From Vibrio vulnificus CMCP6 (GTDB lineage Bacteria > Pseudomonadota > Gammaproteobacteria > Enterobacterales > Vibrionaceae), in NCBI RefSeq assembly GCF_000039765.1, contig NC_004459.3, forward strand, positions 2,866,104-2,898,103: a stretch of 32,000 nucleotides of DNA, read 5' to 3'. The position numbers and the translations under genes are program-made. The notes beneath the pieces are model-generated. The model did no database searches. It was not told the origin of the DNA and was given only the letters and a program-made list of their open reading frames with translations. Positions 26,622 to 32,000 of this stretch are shown here, piece by piece. How positions within the stretch are numbered: the first letter of the stretch is position 1; each line of letters starts with the position of its first letter.

Positions 26622-26650
26622 AAAAAAGGCGCTTACAAGCGCCTTTTTCA
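26622..26650. terminator. Bidirectional terminator between convergent ybjL and fabV
   Basis: AAAAAAGGCGC-ttacaa-GCGCCTTTTT, with A/T runs on both sides. Confidence 0.85.
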
Positions 26651-26714
26651 TTCTATTTGTCTGTTTCGTTGACGGTAGCACAACCCAGTTTGATGCTTTG
26701 CTACGGTATAGAAA

Positions 26715-27917
26715 CTAGATAGCAATAAAATCCGTTGCAACGTCTGGGTTAACGTCTGCTTCGTAATCTACGCCATCAATGCCGAAACCAAATAGCTTCA
26801 AGAACTCTTCTTTGTACTCAACGTAGTCAGTCAGCTCTTTTAGATTCTCAGTGGTGATTTGTGGCCATAGGTTACGGCAATGCTCTTGAATATCATCGCG
26901 CAATTCCCAATCGTCGAGGCGAAGACGGTTTTTCTCGTCCACTTCTGCCGCACTGCCATCTTCTTTATACAGACGCTGGCTAAACATGCGGTAGATCTGT
27001 TCCATACAACCTTCGTGAACGCCTTCTTCACGCATCTTTTTGAAGACCATCGCGATATACAGAGGCATCACTGGAATCGCTGAACTTGCTTGAGTCACAA
27101 CAGACTTAAGCACTGCAACATTTGCACTACCGCCAGTGGCAGAGAGTTTATCGTTCAGTGCAGACGCTGCGCGATCGAGATCCATTTTCGCTTTACCCAG
27201 CGCACCATCCCAGTAGATAGGCCAGGTTAATTCAGTACCGATGTAGCTGTAAGCAACGGTTTTACAACCGTCTGCCAACACACCCGCTTCTGCTAGCGCA
27301 TTAATCCAAAGTTCCCAATCTTCACCACCCATAACCGTTACCGTGTCTTGGATTTCCTGCTCAGTTGCAGGTTCCACACTGGCTTCAATAATGATGTCTT
27401 TGTTGGTATCAACCGCCGTTGAGGTGTAAGTTTGGCCAATAGGTTTTAGCGCTGAACGAATAAGCTCGCCCGTTTCTGGTAACTTACGAACAGGCGAAGC
27501 CAAAGAGTAAACAACCATATCCACTTGACCCAAATCTTCTTTGATTAGGTCGATTGTTTTTTGTTTTGCTTCGTTAGAAAACGCATCGCCGTTTAAGCTT
27601 TTTGCGTACAAACCTTCTTCACGAGCCAGTTTCTCAAATGCTGCGGCATTGTAAAAACCTGCGGTGCCTGGTTTCTTCTCTGAGCCTTCTTTCTCGAAGA
27701 AAACACCGATAGTGGCCGCACCACCACCGAAAGCAGCTGCAATACGAGAAGATAAGCCGTAGCCACTGGATGCACCCACAACAAGTACGCGTTTTGGTGC
27801 GTTTTTGATAGGGCCTTGTGCTTTGGTGTAAGCAATTTGTTCTTTTACATTAGCTTCACAACCCACTGGGTGCGTTGTAGTACAGATAAATCCACGAATT
27901 TTAGGTTTGATGATCAT
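26715..27917 (-). CDS. fabV: Enoyl-ACP reductase FabV (triclosan-refractory class)
   Basis: 400 aa from ATG 27917 (AAGGAAG SD, 6-nt spacing). Nearly identical over long stretches to my recollection of V. cholerae FabV ([66 protein letters not shown]...[28 protein letters not shown]...). Confidence 0.96.
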   Translation of the reverse strand: MIIKPKIRGFICTTTHPVGCEANVKEQIAYTKAQGPIKNAPKRVLVVGASSGYGLSSRIAAAFGGGAATIGVFFEKEGSEKKPGTAGFYNAAAFEKLAREEGLYAKSLNGDAFSNEAKQKTIDLIKEDLGQVDMVVYSLASPVRKLPETGELIRSALKPIGQTYTSTAVDTNKDIIIEASVEPATEQEIQDTVTVMGGEDWELWINALAEAGVLADGCKTVAYSYIGTELTWPIYWDGALGKAKMDLDRAASALNDKLSATGGSANVAVLKSVVTQASSAIPVMPLYIAMVFKKMREEGVHEGCMEQIYRMFSQRLYKEDGSAAEVDEKNRLRLDDWELRDDIQEHCRNLWPQITTENLKELTDYVEYKEEFLKLFGFGIDGVDYEADVNPDVATDFIAI

Positions 27918-28045
27918 ATTCAACTTCCTTTAAAAAACTGTGTAAGGATAAAAGGTTCGTCGCCTATTCGCATCTAATTTCTGTAAAAATGCGCTGAAAA
28001 TGCAAGTGGTTGGAGCTCTATGCACCGATTTCTATTGCTAACCAT

Positions 28046-28073
28046 ACGAAAAAGCACCTCATTTGAGGTGCTT
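28046..28073 (-). terminator. Rho-independent terminator after fadE
   Basis: The minus strand reads AAGCACCTC-aaat-GAGGTGCTT followed by TTTTCG. It lies 26 nt after the stop at 28099-28101. Confidence 0.8.
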
Positions 28074-28098
28074 GGTTCGTCTCTTCACTGCGATGGCG

Positions 28099-30384
28099 CT
28101 ACGCCGCGCTAGTTAACTTCTTTTTTTTCTCAGGCGCATTGGTAAGCGTCTTTGAGAAGTCAAAGCTGAAGTGATCCACTTGGATTGCTTGGTAACGCAG
28201 TTTATCGGCGGCCAAGATTTTATCCACTTCACTTTGCGTTAGCACATCGGCGTCTAGCGCTTGTTGCAGACGCTCAGCCAGCAAGCCTTTACGAGCCACT
28301 TTGCCATCTTTTGCCGCTTTCATCAGCTTACGCTCCAGCGGTTTGATGTCATACATAGCAAGAAACGCTTGTTCCATTAAACCAACACTGTCCTCTTTCT
28401 CTTTGCCGATATAGCAGAGATTGGTCAGTCGGTCGCGCTGCACGCCTGGGGTCATCATCGCTTCCGCAATATCCACACAGAGTTCATCGCTTGGTTTAGC
28501 AAAGTTATTGCCAAGTGGGAATAGTAGCCCTTTGAGCACGCCACCGACATATTTCACTGGGAAGTTAGCATAGGCTTCGTTCAACGACTTCGCTGCGTGA
28601 TGCAAACAGTGCTGCACTGCGTAATGGACGAAGTTGAGATCCGCTTGTTGGCGACCTTCATCTTCATATTTTTTCAATGCTGCTGAGGCCATATAGAGAT
28701 AGCTAAGGCCATCACCCAAACGTGCAGAAATCATCTCTTTACGTTTCAATTCACCGCCTAGTGTTAACATGGCGAAATCGGCACTGACCGCCAAGGCGCG
28801 ACTCAGACGAGTCATGTCTTTGTAGTAACGTTGCGTTGGGCCGCTCATGTGTGCTTTTACAAAGCGTGAGCCAGTTAGCGCGGCACCTAAGGCACCGAGC
28901 GTATTGAACGTGGCATGTTTAATGTGCTTAAACAGCAAATCGTCGAATTGTTTCGCACCTTCTTTGGCATCTGGGTTCGCTGCTGCTTCCATTTCTTTCA
29001 AAACGTAAGGATGGCATCGCGTTGCACCTTGGCCAAAAATCATTAGGTTACGAGTAAGAATATTGGCACCTTCAACCGTAATCGCTACGGGGATACCAAG
29101 ATAATGGGTCGCTAGGTAGTTCATCGGACCATCTTGAATCGCACGGCCAGAGTGAATATCCATCGAGTCATCAAGAATCGTTCTCGCCATCTCCGTCATG
29201 TGATACTTAGCAATAGCGGTTACAATGCCAGGTTTTTCCTTCAGATCGAGCGATGTTGTGGTCAAAGTACGAGTGGCTTCCAATAAGTAGGTCAAACCGC
29301 CAATTCGTCCCATCGCTTCTGCAACACCTTCAAACTTACCGATCGACATGCCAAATTGTTTGCGCACATAGGCGTATGCCCCCGTTGTGCGCGTGGTCAA
29401 ATGACCAATGGCTGTGCCAAGCGCAGGCAGTGAAATACCACGCCCAGCCGATAAACACTCCACCAGCATGCGCCAGCCTTTACCAGCATAATCCGCACCA
29501 CCAATCAGCCAGTCCATCGGGATGAACACATCATGACCACGAGTTGGGCCGTTCATAAACGCCAGACCCAGAGGATCATGACGCTCACCAATCACCACAC
29601 CTTCATGATCGGCGGGAATCAAGGCACAAGTGATGCCAACATCGGTTTTATCACCTAACAGATGATCAGGGTCTTGAAGTTTAAATGCGAGACCAAGTAC
29701 GGTTGCGACAGGCGCAAGAGTGATGTAACGCTTATTCCAACTCAAACGAATACCGAGAACTTCTTTGCCTTCATGCGTGCCATAGCAAACCACGCCTTGA
29801 TCGGGAATGCCACCGGCGTCCGAGCCTGCTTCTGGACCCGTCAACGCAAAACAAGGGATGTCTGTACCATCGGCAAGACGAGGTAACCAGTAATCTTTTT
29901 GTGCCTGTGTACCATAGTGAGAAAGGAGCTCACCTGGGCCTAATGAGTTCGGTACCATAACCGTTACGGCGGTACTGATACTGCGTGTCGCAATTTTGGT
30001 TACTATGGTTGAGTTCGCCAGTGCAGAAAACTGACGGCCACCATATTTCTTCGAAATGATCAGTGAGAAAAAACGCTCTTTACGTAGGTATTCCCACACC
30101 TCTTTCGGTAAATCACGATCTTCTTTCACAATCTTATGATCATCGAGCATTGCAAGCAGTGTTTCTAGCTCGTTATCAATGAAAGCTTGCTCTTCAACCG
30201 ACAAGGTCGGTTTTGGATAGTGATGCAGTTTGGAGAAATCTGGCTTCCCAGAAAACAGCTCCGCGTCCCACCAAACACTTCCCGCTTCCATTGCTTCCTT
30301 CTCTGTTTCAGACAAAGGAGGAAGTACTTTTTTGAACATTTTAAATGCTGGGTCGCTGACCCATTTTTTTCTTAGAGAGCACAT
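28099..30384 (-). CDS. fadE: Acyl-CoA dehydrogenase, FadE family (short paralog lacking the N-terminal membrane segment)
   Basis: 761 aa. Colinear with E. coli FadE from about its residue 55 onward (F.KV.PP.S.TEKEA..AG..WW...LF.GKPD..KLH.YP; VPNSLGPGELL.HYGT..QKD.YLPRLA.G..IPCFALT.PEAGSDA; NKRYITLAP.ATVLGLAFKL.DP; GWRMLVECLS.GRGI.LP; ITVEGANILTR..MIFGQGA.RCHPYVL.EMEAA). An in-frame TGA lies directly upstream of ATG 30384. Confidence 0.93.
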   Translation of the reverse strand: MCSLRKKWVSDPAFKMFKKVLPPLSETEKEAMEAGSVWWDAELFSGKPDFSKLHHYPKPTLSVEEQAFIDNELETLLAMLDDHKIVKEDRDLPKEVWEYLRKERFFSLIISKKYGGRQFSALANSTIVTKIATRSISTAVTVMVPNSLGPGELLSHYGTQAQKDYWLPRLADGTDIPCFALTGPEAGSDAGGIPDQGVVCYGTHEGKEVLGIRLSWNKRYITLAPVATVLGLAFKLQDPDHLLGDKTDVGITCALIPADHEGVVIGERHDPLGLAFMNGPTRGHDVFIPMDWLIGGADYAGKGWRMLVECLSAGRGISLPALGTAIGHLTTRTTGAYAYVRKQFGMSIGKFEGVAEAMGRIGGLTYLLEATRTLTTTSLDLKEKPGIVTAIAKYHMTEMARTILDDSMDIHSGRAIQDGPMNYLATHYLGIPVAITVEGANILTRNLMIFGQGATRCHPYVLKEMEAAANPDAKEGAKQFDDLLFKHIKHATFNTLGALGAALTGSRFVKAHMSGPTQRYYKDMTRLSRALAVSADFAMLTLGGELKRKEMISARLGDGLSYLYMASAALKKYEDEGRQQADLNFVHYAVQHCLHHAAKSLNEAYANFPVKYVGGVLKGLLFPLGNNFAKPSDELCVDIAEAMMTPGVQRDRLTNLCYIGKEKEDSVGLMEQAFLAMYDIKPLERKLMKAAKDGKVARKGLLAERLQQALDADVLTQSEVDKILAADKLRYQAIQVDHFSFDFSKTLTNAPEKKKKLTSAA

Positions 30385-30446
30385 AGTTCAGATCCTTTTG
30401 TTCACTTGGTGGAACCTGTTGGTCCTTGTTTGTATTTTAATAATAG

Positions 30447-31073
30447 CTACTCAGCGGACATGCCGGCTGAGAGATAGGGAATCAATAGATCAACGACAGA
30501 TTTCACGTCGGTCTGTTGATTAAATTTACTGTCTGCAATTTCCACTAACGCTTGGCTAGAAGCCATGGTGAAAACACACGTGCCTAAAGTGAAGTGCAAA
30601 CGCCAGAATAGTTTTTCTTCCGTCAATGCTGGATTGGCTTTTAGGATGGAGGCGATAAAAAGCTCCAGCACTTCGGCGTAACGTGTCGTGATAAACCATC
30701 TTAGATGGCCCTGCACGTCGGTATAGCCTCGACCAATGAGAAGCATAAAAAGGCTGGTACCATTGGGCCTGACATCATTGAGCTCTCTTAGCGGCAATCG
30801 AAGCGACTCAAACACTTCATCCATCGTATAGCTCTCTTGACTGTTGAGCTGAGTCAGAGATTGCTTTACCGCAGGCATCAGAGCCTCCAAATAACGGTTG
30901 AGTACTGCACGAACTAAGGTTTTCTTATCGCCAAAATGGTAATTCACGGACGCAAGATTAACGCCTGCTTTACCCGTTATGGTGCGCAATGACGTGTCAT
31001 TAAAACCGTATTCCGCAAATAAACCTTCGGCTACATCAAGGATTTTTTCTTTTGTACTGCTTCTTGGAGCCAT
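30447..31073 (-). CDS. TetR/AcrR-family transcriptional regulator, PsrA-like (fatty-acid degradation context)
   Basis: 208 aa from ATG 31073. N-terminal TetR HTH (KEKILDVAEGLFAEYGFNDTSLRTITGKAGVNLASVNYHFGDKKTL). It lies 62 nt upstream of fadE on the same strand, so co-transcription is likely. A PsrA-type palindrome sits in its own promoter. The track's start at 31136 is rejected. Confidence 0.88.
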   Translation of the reverse strand: MAPRSSTKEKILDVAEGLFAEYGFNDTSLRTITGKAGVNLASVNYHFGDKKTLVRAVLNRYLEALMPAVKQSLTQLNSQESYTMDEVFESLRLPLRELNDVRPNGTSLFMLLIGRGYTDVQGHLRWFITTRYAEVLELFIASILKANPALTEEKLFWRLHFTLGTCVFTMASSQALVEIADSKFNQQTDVKSVVDLLIPYLSAGMSAE

Positions 31074-31088
31074 TTTAATCACCCGTAT

Positions 31089-31102
31089 CAAACAACTGTT
31101 TG
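31089..31102. promoter_or_regulatory. PsrA-type operator (CAAAC-N4-GTTTG)
   Basis: CAAACAACTGTTTG matches the published PsrA consensus (G/C)AAAC-N2-4-GTTT(G/C). It overlaps a predicted minus-strand sigma-70 promoter (-35 TTGTTA 31127-31132, 17-nt spacer, -10 TATATT 31104-31109) and its TSS region. An extra half-site GTTTG lies at 31111-31115. Confidence 0.5.
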
Positions 31103-31156
31103 AAATATACGTTTGACACCATAAATTAACAAGCAATTAACATCACACTTTTCAAC

Positions 31157-31173
31157 ATTGGTCCGACCAGGTT
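31157..31173. promoter_or_regulatory. FadR-type operator
   Basis: ATTGGTCCGACCAGGTT. The core TGGTCCGACC is identical to the E. coli fadL site core and close to the fadBA site CTGGTACGACCAG. Palindrome TGGTC-C-GACCA. It lies 84-100 bp upstream of the tetR-like ATG. Confidence 0.5.
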
Positions 31174-31242
31174 TAATCACTTCACTCTATCTGGCTGTTT
31201 TCCTGTTAAAAATTACTGGAGAAAAAATTTTTAAAAAAATGG

Positions 31243-31270
31243 GGAACTGTTTAAAAAAGGCAGGGTCTGA
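31243..31270 (+). promoter_or_regulatory. Sigma-E (RpoE)-type promoter of the VrrA-like sRNA
   Basis: GGAACTG-tttaaaaaaggcaggg-TCTGAAT: -35 GGAACT, a 16-nt spacer after the 7-mer, and -10 TCTGA. Same spacing as E. coli degP-type sigma-E promoters. Confidence 0.75.
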
Positions 31271-31276
31271 ATAGAT

Positions 31277-31408
31277 GTAACAAAAAGGGCAATTTAAAGT
31301 TCTACTGGCCGTCAAACTTGTTTCTTACTTTCTGTTACGTTGCTGCTTTATCTTATTAACTCCTATGTTTGTATCTGCCCAGACCCTATTGGTACTGGGC
31401 TTTTTTTT
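31277..31408 (+). ncRNA. vrrA: VrrA-like sigma-E-dependent small RNA (~130 nt)
   Basis: Bounded by the sigma-E promoter (TSS predicted ~31276-31278) and a strong plus-strand-only terminator: GCCCAGACC-ctatt-GGTaCTGGGC at 31377-31400, followed by T8 at 31401-31408. No credible ORF. Contains CUGCUUUA (31343-31350, RybB-seed-like) and an anti-SD CUCCU (31360-31364). As I recall, V. cholerae VrrA (~140 nt, sigma-E dependent) is encoded next to the TetR gene VC1741, beside fadE VC1740 and fabV VC1739. That is the same context as here. Confidence 0.65.
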
Positions 31409-31473
31409 GTTTGTCACTCTCTGGTCAGTCTCAATTTAGGACGGCAAATAGTTAAGACAGCCAATAGAAACCA

Positions 31474-31504
31474 AAAAGCCTCTGCGATAGTTGCAGAGGC
31501 TTTT
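31474..31504 (-). terminator. Rho-independent terminator after nhaA
   Basis: The minus strand reads AAAAGCCTCTGC-aactatc-GCAGAGGCTTTTT. It lies ~40 nt after the nhaA stop at 31544-31546. Confidence 0.85.
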
Positions 31505-31543
31505 GAGTTTATTGCATCAATCTATGGTTTAGCAGTCTGTCGT

Positions 31544-32000
31544 TTAGCTGATTGCTTTCTCACTTTCCGCCGCTGTCTTTGGCAGCGATACATGCAGTAA
31601 GAAATAACCAAGCACTGCCGCTGTCGTCGATCCCATTAAGATACCTAGTCGTGAATAAGTATCGAAGTCTGGATTTGCACCACCGAAAGCCAGCGATGAA
31701 ATAAAGATCGACATGGTGAAACCGATACCACAGAGCACTGACACGGCAAAGATATGCTTGAAGTTCACACCTTCAGGCAATTTAGCCACACCAAACTTCA
31801 CCGCTGCCCAGCTAAACGTAAAGATACCCAGTGGTTTACCAACCAACAGTCCTAGCGCGATACCCAGCGGCAACATGGAAGTCAAGCCAGAAAGAGACAC
31901 CCCTTCAAGCGAGATACCAGCGTTAGCAAAGGCAAAGACAGGTAAGATAGCAAAGGCAACATATGGGTGAAGCGCATGTTCCATGTGTTTCAACGGAGAG
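31544..32000 (-). CDS. nhaA: Na+/H+ antiporter NhaA, C-terminal part (gene continues beyond the window edge)
   Basis: Colinear with the C-terminal third of E. coli NhaA (SPL..LEH.LHP.VA..ILP.FAFANAG.SL.GV.L.GLTS.LPLGI..GLL.GKPLGI......A......LPEG.....[18 protein letters not shown]). The reading frame is open to position 32000; the TTG at 31993 is internal. Confidence 0.95.
   Translation of the reverse strand, partial: SPLKHMEHALHPYVAFAILPVFAFANAGISLEGVSLSGLTSMLPLGIALGLLVGKPLGIFTFSWAAVKFGVAKLPEGVNFKHIFAVSVLCGIGFTMSIFISSLAFGGANPDFDTYSRLGILMGSTTAAVLGYFLLHVSLPKTAAESEKAIS

Noticed and set aside
28099-30384. fadE as an N-terminally truncated pseudogene
   Set aside because: The remaining 761 aa are intact and colinear with FadE through to the C-terminus, and a plausible SD precedes the ATG. 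The upstream 62 nt cannot hide the missing segment. V. cholerae is known to have a short paralog in this same context.
31340-31600. 86-aa plus-strand ORF between the TetR gene and nhaA, plus a 24-codon hydrophobic ORF at 31365
   Set aside because: The 86-aa ORF has a TTG start and no SD, runs through two terminator hairpins and into the antisense of nhaA. The region is better explained by the sigma-E promoter plus terminator of a non-coding RNA. The 24-codon ORF is preceded by CTCCT (an anti-SD, not an SD).

Overview
This window looks like a conserved core-chromosome segment of a Vibrio-type gammaproteobacterium, at roughly 45% GC by eye. Gene products and local gene order match what I recall of the Vibrio cholerae loci trxB-cydDC, serC...tfoX and fabV-fadE-tetR-vrrA.

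I support 24 protein genes plus one frameshifted response regulator:
- a GGDEF diguanylate cyclase and a DUF2797-like Cys-rich protein
- a two-gene operon of a PF10014-type 2OG/Fe(II) dioxygenase and a class V PLP enzyme that lacks the desulfurase cysteine
- trxB, cydD, cydC, serC and a YdgA/DUF945-like protein
- a hybrid-architecture histidine kinase with its broken partner receiver
- a small OMP, tfoX, an HDOD protein, lysO and a secreted hypothetical protein
- a PanP-like PLP decarboxylase, hexR, an Fe-alcohol dehydrogenase, grxA, ybjL, fabV, a short fadE paralog, a TetR/PsrA-like regulator and the 3' part of nhaA

I found no rRNA, tRNA, CRISPR array, IS element, transposase, integrase, phage gene or recognisable defence or toxin gene. 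I see no evidence of an accessory island or a novel multi-gene system.

The signals the ORF track does not explain are non-coding:
- Two sigma-E-type promoters share an identical architecture, GGAACTG-N16-TCTGAAT.
- One (31243-31270, +) drives a terminator-bounded RNA of about 130 nt that I call VrrA-like.
- The other (4908-4935, -) lies in a 670-bp ORF-free gap. It heads a terminator-bounded transcript of about 100 nt upstream of the dioxygenase/PLP operon.

Other points worth a second look:
- two single-base frameshifts in the response regulator
- a pseudo-receiver plus degenerate cNMP-like domain in the kinase
- a RybB/VrrA-like seed motif in the OMP 3' UTR
- candidate FadR, PsrA, OxyR, HexR and CRP operators

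All family assignments come from by-eye comparison with remembered sequences. No searches were run.
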